DNA of 64,000 nucleotides from Thermoproteota archaeon (GTDB lineage Archaea; Thermoproteota; EX4484-205; JAAOZP01): contig JAWCNV010000007.1 of the NCBI GenBank assembly GCA_038848185.1, positions 9,378-73,377 of the forward strand. The letters are read 5' to 3'. Under the pieces are notes generated by a model that was not told the origin of the DNA, made no database searches, and saw nothing but the letters and a program-made list of their open reading frames with translations. Position numbers and translations under genes: made by a program. Shown here in pieces: positions 18,652 to 27,985 of the stretch; within the stretch, counting starts at the first letter, position 1; each line of letters begins with the position of its first letter.

Positions 18652-19338
18652 TTGGCGTCAAAGGACTTAGGAGAGTGGCTTAAGGACAGGAAGAAGCTGA
18701 AATCCTACGAGACACTGGTTTCTCATGCGGATAAGGTTTTCCAAGTTGTCGACGAGCTTTTGAATCTTGTGAGAGCATCGATGAATGCTCAAAGCTCTAA
18801 GGCAGACGCCATATACGTGAGACAAGAGCAGATGGAGAGGGATGCCGACTTCCTAAGAAGAAAGGTGATGGACGAGATTGCTAGAAGCGAGCTTCCACCA
18901 GATATGAAGAAGTATTTCATGGAGCTCTCTAGGGAGGTAGACATGGTTGCTGACTATGCTCACGGGGCAGGCAGAATACTGGCGTTTCTGCCTCTAAGCA
19001 ACCTTGGACAGGACATTAAGGATAAGATAGAGCAGATGTGCATAAAGACTAGGGAGTGCGCTTTAGATCTTAGAGATGCCTTATCGGCAATACTTTCAAG
19101 AGAGTACAGGAGAGCAGTTAATTTAAGCGACAAGGTTGAGGATGATGAGAAGGAGGTCGACAAGCTTTACGTGGAGGCACGGGGGCTTCTGTTAAGTGAC
19201 AAGTACTCCAATATGGATCCCAGAATGGTTATATTTCTCTCAGAGTTTTTCGAGGCGATAGAGGAAACCTCGGATAGGTGCGAGGACTCCATAGACTACT
19301 TTAGAGTTCTACTAGTTGAACTCACTAAGCCGAAGTGA
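18652..19338 (+). CDS. DUF47/PhoU-like helical protein (TIGR00153-type)
   Basis: TTG start 3 nt after the ATPase stop. All-helical 228 aa with paired PhoU-like repeats (D..R...D.ia..e.....e). Usually found next to Pit transporters, here next to an ABC system. Confidence 0.55.
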   Translation: MASKDLGEWLKDRKKLKSYETLVSHADKVFQVVDELLNLVRASMNAQSSKADAIYVRQEQMERDADFLRRKVMDEIARSELPPDMKKYFMELSREVDMVADYAHGAGRILAFLPLSNLGQDIKDKIEQMCIKTRECALDLRDALSAILSREYRRAVNLSDKVEDDEKEVDKLYVEARGLLLSDKYSNMDPRMVIFLSEFFEAIEETSDRCEDSIDYFRVLLVELTKPK

Positions 19339-19342
19339 CGCG

Positions 19343-20953
19343 TTAAACCTTAATCTTCTTCACAACCCCTAGCCCTCTTGTCCTACCTTCTCTAAAAATG
19401 AAGGTGTCCCCAACCCTAACATATTCAGGCCTCTTTATGAATTCAAACTCAACGAGATCCGTGTCCCCTGTTCTAAGAGCATCCTTCCTCATCCTGACTA
19501 TTCTAGCAGCCTGCTTAATAGTCCTAGTCTGTATAACAGGCTCATACCCCACCATTATTGTCGTAGGATGATGAAGTATCCTAACCTCAGCGGTAAACCT
19601 TCTGACAGCATACGTTTTAGCTGCAACATCTAGAAGAACCATCCCAGTCCTAACCTCATCGTAATCCACGTTCGTTATGGCTAACGCAGCTATCTGGCCC
19701 GCACTAGCCTTCTCAACATGAACCCTGTTAACGTGGATAGACTTAACCCTGACTGTTCTAAAAGAGCCGTCGTCGAAAGGCCCCAAGAGAAGCATCTCAT
19801 CCCTCTTAACAACACCCTGCTCAACCAGCCCACCTACAACAAGACCGACACCCTCAACGTAAAACTTCTCGTCGATGAAGCAGAGCGTCTTCATACCTGT
19901 CTTCTCAGACCAGTCTGTCTTAGGCGGCAGAGCATTCAGAAAAGCCTTAAGCTCAGGCAAACCCTGTCCAGTAGTGTTCGAAACAAGGAAGATAGGGCAA
20001 ACCCTGAGGTGAGGCATTATCCTTGCGGCGAGCGAAGCATCACCCCTGCTCCTTATGGTGAAAGGAATCTTGTTAACCCCGGGAAGCTTGAGAATCGCCT
20101 CAACATCGCTAATAGTCTTCAGCAAAACTTCCTCGGGAGTCATGTCGACCTTAGTCACAACCATGAAGACAGGTATTTTAAGCGCAACCGTCAGCCCAAG
20201 GTGCTCCCTGAAAGTCCCGATAGGCCCAGCGTTACCCCCGACAACTATGCAAACATAGTCTGGAAGATTACCCAAGACTCCTCTTATCGTGGTCTTCAAA
20301 TACCTCTCGTGTCCAGCAAGATCAATCAGGGAAACAATTTTAGAACCGTTCAGAAAAATCTTGGACTCATCGTAGGAGCCGAGGCCATCATTAATAGACT
20401 CCCCTCTCGAGTCGAAGCCGAGCAGGTGGATCGCCACCGACGATGATCTTCTAAGCTTAATCTCATGAAGATATCTTGCAACCATGCTCATCGCAGCCCC
20501 GTCCCCATCATCAAGCCTACCGGATACTAGGACCCCCTTCAAAGTGGATTTACCTGAGTCAACATTACCCAGTAGGGCTACTGAAACCTGGACAGGCGGA
20601 AAATCCACAGTCCTCCTCACAAGGATTTCCAGAACCTTCCCCCGCCTACCCTTCTCAACCCTTGTCACCATGTAGGAGGCACCTATCATCCCAGTTATCC
20701 TATCGAGAGCCCTGAGGGATTCCTCAGCCTCCTCATCAGTGAGGCCAACTGTCTCACCCTCATCGCTCACACCCAGCTCGTAGAAAGCCTCCCCCCGGCC
20801 CTCGTTAAGCCTGTAGTTCAACTGGGTCGCTAGCTGCTGCAGCCTCTTCTCATCGTTAGCAGCAACTAGAAGCTTATACTCTACGTTACCCTCCTCCTTC
20901 TCCTTCTCCAACAGTCTGAAGGAAAACACGGGGGAGTTGATTAACTTTAACAC
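19343..20953 (-). CDS. GTPBP1-family translational GTPase (EF1A/EF-Tu paralog)
   Basis: G1 motif GNVDSGKST (GTPBP1 hallmark GNVDAGKST), DLAGHERY (G3), VTKVD (G4), followed by EF-Tu domain II/III beta-barrels. 536 aa. Confidence 0.65.
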   Translation of the reverse strand: MLKLINSPVFSFRLLEKEKEEGNVEYKLLVAANDEKRLQQLATQLNYRLNEGRGEAFYELGVSDEGETVGLTDEEAEESLRALDRITGMIGASYMVTRVEKGRRGKVLEILVRRTVDFPPVQVSVALLGNVDSGKSTLKGVLVSGRLDDGDGAAMSMVARYLHEIKLRRSSSVAIHLLGFDSRGESINDGLGSYDESKIFLNGSKIVSLIDLAGHERYLKTTIRGVLGNLPDYVCIVVGGNAGPIGTFREHLGLTVALKIPVFMVVTKVDMTPEEVLLKTISDVEAILKLPGVNKIPFTIRSRGDASLAARIMPHLRVCPIFLVSNTTGQGLPELKAFLNALPPKTDWSEKTGMKTLCFIDEKFYVEGVGLVVGGLVEQGVVKRDEMLLLGPFDDGSFRTVRVKSIHVNRVHVEKASAGQIAALAITNVDYDEVRTGMVLLDVAAKTYAVRRFTAEVRILHHPTTIMVGYEPVIQTRTIKQAARIVRMRKDALRTGDTDLVEFEFIKRPEYVRVGDTFIFREGRTRGLGVVKKIKV

Positions 20954-21014
20954 TAGCCTAAGCAGAGCCTAGGGAAAGCAATTATTTTAACTGTAAAAAA
21001 AAGGACGAGGGTTT

Positions 21015-22289
21015 TCAAGCCGGAGGAGGCGGTGGAGGTGCTCTCCCTCTCCTCATCAGCAGGATTATTAGAACAGCCTCAACAACCATCGCTACCGCAA
21101 CAACAGCCAGGAAGACCGTCTCCGAGCCGAAGAACCCTATTATGCCCCCGGTCGTGGTGGTTGCCGAAGGATAGGTCAAGGAGTAAACTGGCTTAGGAAT
21201 AGAGCGGTAAAGGTACCACCATCTTCGATACATATATAAGCCGACTCGTTCTCCAGAACTCAATCCTAAATAGCTGAGGGGTATTTTGAATTCGAAGACA
21301 CTGTTAAAGTTTGAGGATGCAGAGCCTCCTGCAACCCACTGCCAATTCCAATCACCCCCAGTTCCAGTATACCTGTAGTAGTCGATATAGTTGTTTTTTG
21401 CTGGATTAGCGCTGAAAGATACAGATGCGTAGAAGTCTGCCCCACTGTAGCTACTGTATCCTGTAGCATTATTATTGTCAGTGTCAAGATAAGGATAGAG
21501 GTACCGACTCAAGGTCCCGGTGTTGATGCTTGCTGTGGGAGTGCCTCTCGTATCTATTCTCATGTAAAGGTTTTCCGCATCGTTGGCAACGTAAATGTTT
21601 GAAATCTCAAGCTCAGAAGGGTTAATAGACCTAGATTGGAACGTTGCTAATGGAGTGATGTCACCCCAGTCCCCAGGATTTCCGTCCACTGTGATCTGCT
21701 TCACTGAAGAGCCTATGACATAGCTTAGCTCCGTCGTTGGCATAGCCTTGACTTCAGCATATGAAACCATATAGAAGTCTATTCCCCTAGCGGTGTATCC
21801 TATGTCCTGCTGGTCAACCCAGATCTCCATGTAGCTTAGTTCAGGTGCCAGCTTCATGTTCGGCCTCAAGTTTTTAACGCCTTGCCAAGAGTTGGCTGTG
21901 CTGTTCAACCTATAAAGCCATGCATAATAGGTAGAGTTGTCGCCATACAGATAGAATTCGATGTAGTAGTCCCGCCCCAGCTCATTGGAGACGCTGCCCG
22001 TCTCAGTACTTCTATCTGTATCCATGTATATTTGTAGATCTCGATAACAGTCTTCGGAGTTCGGCATCGCCCCATAGTACTCCGCGTAGAAGTATAATCT
22101 ACTTCCCTCAGTCTTCATGTAGACCGCCTTAACATCCATCCAGTCCACGCCATAGGCTCGCGGCGGAGAGTAGACGAGGGTGTAACCCTGAGGCTGGCTG
22201 GTGACAGTTGGAACTATTACGCTCAGCAGAGTCATAACAATGATAATAATCATGAATCCAATCCCATAAGCTCTAGCCTTAATTTTCAT
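21015..22289 (-). CDS. Secreted cell-surface protein, tandem Tyr/Asn-rich beta domains, C-terminal TM anchor plus poly-Pro tail
   Basis: N-terminal signal/TM (GIGFMIIIIVMTLLSVIV). Two related domains (YFYAEYYG... and DFYASVSF...). Thr-rich linker TTTTGG, then hydrophobic helix, then RRGRAPPPPPPA. Confidence 0.5.
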   Translation of the reverse strand: MKIKARAYGIGFMIIIIVMTLLSVIVPTVTSQPQGYTLVYSPPRAYGVDWMDVKAVYMKTEGSRLYFYAEYYGAMPNSEDCYRDLQIYMDTDRSTETGSVSNELGRDYYIEFYLYGDNSTYYAWLYRLNSTANSWQGVKNLRPNMKLAPELSYMEIWVDQQDIGYTARGIDFYMVSYAEVKAMPTTELSYVIGSSVKQITVDGNPGDWGDITPLATFQSRSINPSELEISNIYVANDAENLYMRIDTRGTPTASINTGTLSRYLYPYLDTDNNNATGYSSYSGADFYASVSFSANPAKNNYIDYYRYTGTGGDWNWQWVAGGSASSNFNSVFEFKIPLSYLGLSSGERVGLYMYRRWWYLYRSIPKPVYSLTYPSATTTTGGIIGFFGSETVFLAVVAVAMVVEAVLIILLMRRGRAPPPPPPA

Positions 22290-22340
22290 AGAGTATGTGT
22301 TTGAAACAAACTTATAAGCCTATTGGATAGAAAAAGCCTT

Positions 22341-24008
22341 TCAGATGGTCTTAAGGCAGGCTTTTACGAAGCCTTTGAAAAGGGGCGCTGGCTTAAGTGG
22401 TCTGGATTTGAACTCAGGGTGGGCCTGCGTCGCAACGAAGAACGGGTGCCCATCCAACTCTATGAATTCTACAAGCCTGTTATCCGGGGAGACGCCTGAG
22501 AAAATCATCCCGGAATCCTGGAGAATCGTGTGGTATTTGGGGTTGACCTCATACCTGTGCCTATGCCTCTCGTATACTGTTGACGCGTTACTGTAAAGCT
22601 TTGCGACGAGTGTCCCAGGTTTTAACACTGCAGGGTATGCGCCGAGCCGCATTGAAGCCCCGTATCTGGAGTCTTTCAACACCTCCTTCTGCTCTGGAAG
22701 AATATCTATAACTGGGTGCGGCGTATTCGGGTTGAATTCCGTTGAGTTTGCCTCCCTGAGGCCAGCAATGTTCCTCGCATACTCTACCACAGCCAGCTGG
22801 AGCCCGAGGCATAGTCCTAGGAAAGGAATCTTTTTCTCCCTCGCATGTTTTATAGCCATTATCTTCCCCTCAATCCCCTTGGTACCGAATCCTCCTGGCA
22901 CTATTATTCCATCCAGCTCCTCAAGGCTTGAAAGCCTGTTAAAATCCTCCTCGAAATCCGTGGAGTCGATGAATCTTAGAGCCGGTTTCACGGAGAATGC
23001 TGCGCAAGCATGTTTCACGGCCTCTATAACCGATATGTATGCGTCTGGAAGCCTGTATTCTCCTGTCTCGAAATATTTTCCGACTATCCCGATTTCCACC
23101 TCTTTCGTTGCAGAGTTGAAGGAGTTAGTGAAACCCTTCCAGTCTTCCAGCTTCGGCTCCTTTTGCTCCATCCCGAATTTCTCAAGTATCTTGCTGCCTA
23201 GGCTCTGCTCCTCAAATATTAGAGGTAGTTCATACACGTTTTTGAGATCCGGATTTGAAATAATATGGTCCTTAGGAACATTGCAGAATATTGATATCTT
23301 GCCCTTCCTAACATCGTCTATGGATTCCTCTGACCTGCAGACTATGAAGTCTGGCTGTATACCTAGTTCGCCAAGCCTCTCAACAGACTGTTGAACAGGC
23401 TTAGTCTTCATCTCTCCTAGGTGTTTTGGAATAGGAAGGTAAGCCACATGTACGAACACTACTCTGTCACCCTCAGCCTTCATCATTCTCGCAGCCATGT
23501 AGTAGATTTCGCTCTGATACTCTCCTACTGTTCCACCTATCTCAACGATAGTGAAGTCAGCCTTAGCCTCCTCCGCCGCCGTCCTTATTCGTCGCTTTAT
23601 CTCGTCAGTTATGTGAGGAATTACCTCAACCGTCTTACCAAGATATTCCCCCTTCCTCTCCTTCTCTATGACTGCTCCATATATTTGGCCGGTTGTAATA
23701 TTGTTCCTCTTAGGAATATTTATGTCCAAGAACCTTTCGTAATGCCCGAGGTCCTGATCTATTTCTCCAGCATCCTCAGTAACCCAGACTTCCCCGTGCT
23801 CAGTTGGCCTAAGTGTGCCAGCATCATAATTCAGGTAGGGATCTATTTTAACTGCTGTGACATGGTAACCTCTTGCCTGGAGGATTTTCCCTATGGAGGC
23901 TGCAGTAATGCCCTTGCCTATTCCAGAAATAACGCCGCCGGTCACAAATATGTAGTTTGTGTGCACAACAGGATTTTCTGAAACCCTGTAATAAGCGTTT
24001 CCTTTCAT
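22341..24008 (-). CDS. pyrG: CTP synthase
   Basis: YIFVTGGVISGIGKGI synthase-domain motif. C-terminal class-I glutamine amidotransferase (GLCLGLQ, Cys nucleophile; H/E triad). 555 aa. Confidence 0.95.
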   Translation of the reverse strand: MKGNAYYRVSENPVVHTNYIFVTGGVISGIGKGITAASIGKILQARGYHVTAVKIDPYLNYDAGTLRPTEHGEVWVTEDAGEIDQDLGHYERFLDINIPKRNNITTGQIYGAVIEKERKGEYLGKTVEVIPHITDEIKRRIRTAAEEAKADFTIVEIGGTVGEYQSEIYYMAARMMKAEGDRVVFVHVAYLPIPKHLGEMKTKPVQQSVERLGELGIQPDFIVCRSEESIDDVRKGKISIFCNVPKDHIISNPDLKNVYELPLIFEEQSLGSKILEKFGMEQKEPKLEDWKGFTNSFNSATKEVEIGIVGKYFETGEYRLPDAYISVIEAVKHACAAFSVKPALRFIDSTDFEEDFNRLSSLEELDGIIVPGGFGTKGIEGKIMAIKHAREKKIPFLGLCLGLQLAVVEYARNIAGLREANSTEFNPNTPHPVIDILPEQKEVLKDSRYGASMRLGAYPAVLKPGTLVAKLYSNASTVYERHRHRYEVNPKYHTILQDSGMIFSGVSPDNRLVEFIELDGHPFFVATQAHPEFKSRPLKPAPLFKGFVKACLKTI

Positions 24009-24221
24009 CCCATGGAAGTATATTAGGCTTGAATATTAATGGAGGCGGGAGAAAAAACAGATAGTTGACATCTGGAGTCCAAAAAAAGTCCGGGAAGGGG
24101 GTTGAAAGGGGGTAAACAATCGGGTTAGACCGAGATTATAAGATTCACAGCCTCGTAAATCAGTCATAACAGAAGAGTATGTTTAAATATCGCTTAGGAA
24201 CCGTATATACGGTGTAATACG

Positions 24222-24470
24222 ATGAGCGATATGATCACCGTAAGAATTCCCAAGAAGTTAAAGAAAAGGATGAAGGCGAGTAAGATTAATTGGAGCGGGG
24301 CTATAAGGAGATTCATTGAGAAACGAATAGTTTTTGAAGAAAGGAAAAGAAGCATTGAAAAAGCTGTTGAAACAATGGATGAGATTAGGAATAGGTTGAT
24401 ACACTCCTATGGTCCTACAAGTTACGATTCTATCGAGGTGATTAAGCTCTGGAGGAGCTTAAGAAAGTAG
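24222..24470 (+). CDS. vapB: VapB-like antitoxin (small DNA-binding protein)
   Basis: 82 aa, MITVRIPKKLKKRMK N-terminus typical of archaeal VapB-type antitoxins. Immediately precedes a PIN-domain gene. Confidence 0.6.
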   Translation: MSDMITVRIPKKLKKRMKASKINWSGAIRRFIEKRIVFEERKRSIEKAVETMDEIRNRLIHSYGPTSYDSIEVIKLWRSLRK

Positions 24471-24877
24471 TTCTTGATGCCAGTGTAGTTGTAAAATGGT
24501 TCGTCCCCGAAGCCTATTATGAAAAGGCTCTAACCATCAGGAGGGCTTTCTTAAACGGCAGGATAAAACTTGCAGAGCCAAGCCTTTTGATATATGAGGT
24601 TGCTAATGCCCTGAGGTTTCACAAGATCTACAAGCTCTCGGAAGACGATATGGTTGAAGCAGTTAGAGCAATCTTAGCTTTCAGAATGCTTGAGAAGGTG
24701 AAGAGGGAAGACTGGAGGAAGACCCTTGAACTCTCTATGAGTAGGGAAGTAAGCATATATGATGCAATCTATGCTGCATTAGCAATTAGACTTGAGGCAA
24801 CACTGATTACAAGTGACGCTGAAACGAAGAAAAAACTAGGGGACCAAGCAAGTATTGTGTTACTAAAAGATCTATAG
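24446..24877 (+). CDS. vapC: VapC-like PIN-domain ribonuclease (toxin); no canonical start codon
   Basis: Frame opens at 24446 (ALEELKKVVLDASVVVKWF...), reaches the PIN hallmark VLDAS and later ITSDAE. The only candidate starts are CTG 24449 or the internal ATG 24587, which would remove the first catalytic Asp. Overlaps the vapB 3' end. Confidence 0.55.
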   Translation, partial: ALEELKKVVLDASVVVKWFVPEAYYEKALTIRRAFLNGRIKLAEPSLLIYEVANALRFHKIYKLSEDDMVEAVRAILAFRMLEKVKREDWRKTLELSMSREVSIYDAIYAALAIRLEATLITSDAETKKKLGDQASIVLLKDL

Positions 24878-25011
24878 CAAGTTGTGAAAAATGCGATTAG
24901 TCTTTATTAGAAGAATTTCTGGTAGATTAAGACATCGCAAACACCATCAGCTAATAGATAATGGATTATCCAGTATTGCCTAATGCTGCTTACGCTTTAA
25001 AATAAATTTGA

Positions 25012-26091
25012 TTGTCGTTAAAAGTATTGTTCATCCAAAAGTTTTTAAAGAGGGGAAAGGCTTTCTCACGAGGCTTGAAATTCCTTAGATGCAAGGAAGT
25101 AATTCCGCGCATAAAAGGAAGAGTTGCGATCATTGGGGCAGGGCCAGCTGGATTGACCGCCGCAGGATCATTGGTATGTGATGGGGTTGAGGTTGATGTT
25201 TACGATATGCTGCCTGAGGCAGGTGGCCTACTTCTATTCGGCATCCCGGAGTTCAGGATTCCTAAGAAGGGGGTTAGAGAAGGGGTGAAGGAGCTTGTTG
25301 AAAAAGGAATCGTCTTCAAACTCGGTAGTAAGGTTCATGATTCTGAGCATCGCGATGTGGATTTTACGGAGATCGTTGAAAGATATGATGCTGTTCTAAT
25401 AGCCACAGGAGCATGGGAACCGCGCAGGTTGAAAGTTGAAGGCGAAGACCTTCAGGGCGTTTTCCACGCTGCCCCATACATCGTGAAATACTATTTGACG
25501 AAGTTCGGATACGCCTCTCCCTCAAGTCTTCCTAGCCTAGGAAGATCGGTTGCAGTCATCGGAGCAGGCTTAACAGCTATTGACTCAGCCCTCCTAGCAC
25601 TTGAAATCGGTGTGAAGGAAGTTTACCTTGTTTATAGAAGAACTAGGAAGGAGGCTCCAGCAGGCGAGAAGGAGCTTAAAATGCTTGAGGAGAAAGGAGT
25701 TAGCGTAGTGGAGCTTAAGGCCCCCGTAGGCTTCAAGGGTGAAGACGGGAGGCTCAGGCAAATGTTAACTGTGGATATGCAGCTTGGGCCGCCTGACAGG
25801 AGCGGCAGACCCTCACCAATACCTGTCCCAGGCTCTGAGAAGGCTTTTGAGGTTGATTCAGTAATAGTGGCGACAGGAGGCTGTTCAACACCCCCATTCA
25901 AGAAGTATTCTGACAAGATCCGTGTGATGGAGGACGGCAGGATAATCGTTGACGATAAGAGGAGGACCAGTAAGACAGGTGTTTTCGCAGCCGGAGATGT
26001 TGAGTCAGGACCGTCACTAATAGGTCCGGCATTGAAATCCGGGTTAATCGCAGCAGAATCCATAAAAGAGTATTTAACTCAAAAAGTTTGA
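25012..26091 (+). CDS. FAD/NAD(P)-binding pyridine nucleotide-disulfide oxidoreductase (GltD/SudA-like small-subunit type)
   Basis: Dinucleotide motifs VAIIGAGPAGLTAA and VAVIGAGLTAID, C-terminal FAAGDV. TTG start at 25012; alternative TTG at 25076. Confidence 0.65.
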   Translation: MSLKVLFIQKFLKRGKAFSRGLKFLRCKEVIPRIKGRVAIIGAGPAGLTAAGSLVCDGVEVDVYDMLPEAGGLLLFGIPEFRIPKKGVREGVKELVEKGIVFKLGSKVHDSEHRDVDFTEIVERYDAVLIATGAWEPRRLKVEGEDLQGVFHAAPYIVKYYLTKFGYASPSSLPSLGRSVAVIGAGLTAIDSALLALEIGVKEVYLVYRRTRKEAPAGEKELKMLEEKGVSVVELKAPVGFKGEDGRLRQMLTVDMQLGPPDRSGRPSPIPVPGSEKAFEVDSVIVATGGCSTPPFKKYSDKIRVMEDGRIIVDDKRRTSKTGVFAAGDVESGPSLIGPALKSGLIAAESIKEYLTQKV

Positions 26092-26160
26092 AAACTATTT
26101 GTAAATTCAACAGTCAATAAAGTTTTTCAACTTCTACCACTCTATATTTACGGTGAGTCA

Positions 26161-26715
26161 GTGTTGAATAAGCGTATTACAATCCTTGGTTTTACAGGAA
26201 GCCTTAGGAAGGACTCTTATAATAGGGCTCTGCTGGAAAATGCTTCAGAACTTTTGCCGAGTGAGACAAGGCTTGAAGTATTCGACTTAACCAGTATTCC
26301 TATTTTCAACCAAGATTTAGAAGCAGAGATGCCGAGCATAGTGCTAGATTTCAAGAGCAGGATTAAGACTTCAGACGCGATTCTCATAGCTACACCAGAA
26401 TACAACCATTCTATACCAGGTGTTCTCAAGAATGCTATTGACTGGGCTTCAAGACCTTACGGAGACAATTCCTTCGAAGATAAGCCTGTTGCAGTAATTA
26501 GCGCATCCCCCGGTATGCTGGGGGGAGTCAGGGCACAAATACACTTGAAACAAATACTCCAAGCCTTAGACATGCGTATAGTCAATAAGCCTGAGGTAAT
26601 TCTGTCTTTTGCATCTAAGAAGATAGATAAGAATGGGAAGCTGATCGATGAAACAGCGAGGAAATTAATAGGTGATCTTCTTAAGAACTTGGTGGATTTA
26701 GCCAAGACGCAGTGA
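26161..26715 (+). CDS. NAD(P)H-dependent FMN reductase (flavodoxin-like fold, SsuE/YieF/ArsH family)
   Basis: GTG start. ITILGFTGSLRKDSYNRAL and ATPEYNHSIPGVLKNAIDW motifs of the NADPH-dependent FMN reductase family. Confidence 0.75.
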   Translation: MLNKRITILGFTGSLRKDSYNRALLENASELLPSETRLEVFDLTSIPIFNQDLEAEMPSIVLDFKSRIKTSDAILIATPEYNHSIPGVLKNAIDWASRPYGDNSFEDKPVAVISASPGMLGGVRAQIHLKQILQALDMRIVNKPEVILSFASKKIDKNGKLIDETARKLIGDLLKNLVDLAKTQ

Positions 26716-26770
26716 GTGAACTAGTTCGGCAAATTGGAGGGTTTTTCTGTTAACGAATTCTTCAGGATTG

Positions 26771-27835
26771 TTAGAAATCCCATTCGACAGTTGTTTCCCT
26801 ACCTTCTACTGCAGACCTGTGGATTGCTTCAAGAATAGCTTGAACCCTAAGTCCTTCAATAGCGGGTGAAAACAGGGGTCTCCCTTCTTTAACTGATTGT
26901 ACGAATTTCCTGATCCTCTCCTCATATATGTTTACTTCAGGAAACTTATCTTGCGGCTTTACGACCATCCTGACTCCCTGAACCTCCTTGTAGATTTCAA
27001 AAGGATCTAGTTGCACTCCGCCTTCCGTTCCGAGGAGCGTGAGGCCGAATTTGTCCTCGCTTATGAATGAAGCCCAGTTTGTCTCAAGAAGCATCGTGAA
27101 ATCCTTTTCAAACTTTACTAGGGCGAAAGCATTATCCTCCACTTCAAAATCCTCAGGGTTCCAAGTTTTTCCCCAGCATCCTTTTTCAGCCATCTCTGGT
27201 CTCCTGCCGAACTTGCTGTATTCTACTCCGAATGCTGATTTAGGCTTAGGAAAATTGGTGACGTACATTGCAGAGTCAACCGCGTAGCAACCTATGTCAA
27301 ACAATGGCCCTGTGCCAGAAAGCTTTCTGCTCATGAAGGTTTTCGCAGGCGGTATACCCCACCTTCTTAATGCGAGGGCCCTAGCGTAGTAGACTTCACC
27401 AAGCTCCCCTGAGTCTATGAGGCTTCTCAGAATGTTCAAGTCGGGTCTAAACCGGGTCTGGAAGCCGACGATCAGTATTCTGCCTGTCTTCTTAGATGCT
27501 TCATACATTTCTATAGCGTCTTTAAGGCTTCCAGCCATAGGTTTCTCAGTTAAGACATGCGCCCCCTTCTTCATTGCGGCAACGGCAGGATCCTTATGGA
27601 ACATGTTGGGCGTGCAGACGCTGACTGCATCCATCTCCTCTTTCTCAAGCATCTCGTTATAATCAACATAGTGCTTGGGGATTTTGAACTCTTCCGCCAT
27701 GCTTCTAGCAGCGTTAGCATCTATGTCTGCACATGCAACAATTTCAACGTCGCTGATCTTCCTGTAGTTTGGAGCATGGGCGAACCTAGCTATTCCTCCG
27801 CACCCAATTATACCTACCCTAATCTTCTGACTCAT
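26771..27835 (-). CDS. Gfo/Idh/MocA family oxidoreductase (second copy)
   Basis: VGIIGCGGIARFAHAPNY Rossmann motif, EKPMA motif. 354 aa. Confidence 0.85.
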   Translation of the reverse strand: MSQKIRVGIIGCGGIARFAHAPNYRKISDVEIVACADIDANAARSMAEEFKIPKHYVDYNEMLEKEEMDAVSVCTPNMFHKDPAVAAMKKGAHVLTEKPMAGSLKDAIEMYEASKKTGRILIVGFQTRFRPDLNILRSLIDSGELGEVYYARALALRRWGIPPAKTFMSRKLSGTGPLFDIGCYAVDSAMYVTNFPKPKSAFGVEYSKFGRRPEMAEKGCWGKTWNPEDFEVEDNAFALVKFEKDFTMLLETNWASFISEDKFGLTLLGTEGGVQLDPFEIYKEVQGVRMVVKPQDKFPEVNIYEERIRKFVQSVKEGRPLFSPAIEGLRVQAILEAIHRSAVEGRETTVEWDF

Positions 27836-27985
27836 GGAGCATGCGGAAAAACTTCTTTTTAATAAGGTTTTTTACAATATTTTTTGGACAAACAGTCTGC
27901 ATCTTGGCTTCAATAGTCCCATAAACTTCCCTTGGATACGGTTTAAATAACGATTTATTAAGCGGATTAAGCATGATGAGAGGAT

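Noticed and set aside
22395-22412. T-loop-like GAGTTCAAATCC string, checked as a possible tRNA
   Set aside because: It lies inside the pyrG coding sequence on the opposite strand, and no acceptor or anticodon stems flank it. No convincing tRNA or rRNA was found anywhere in the window.
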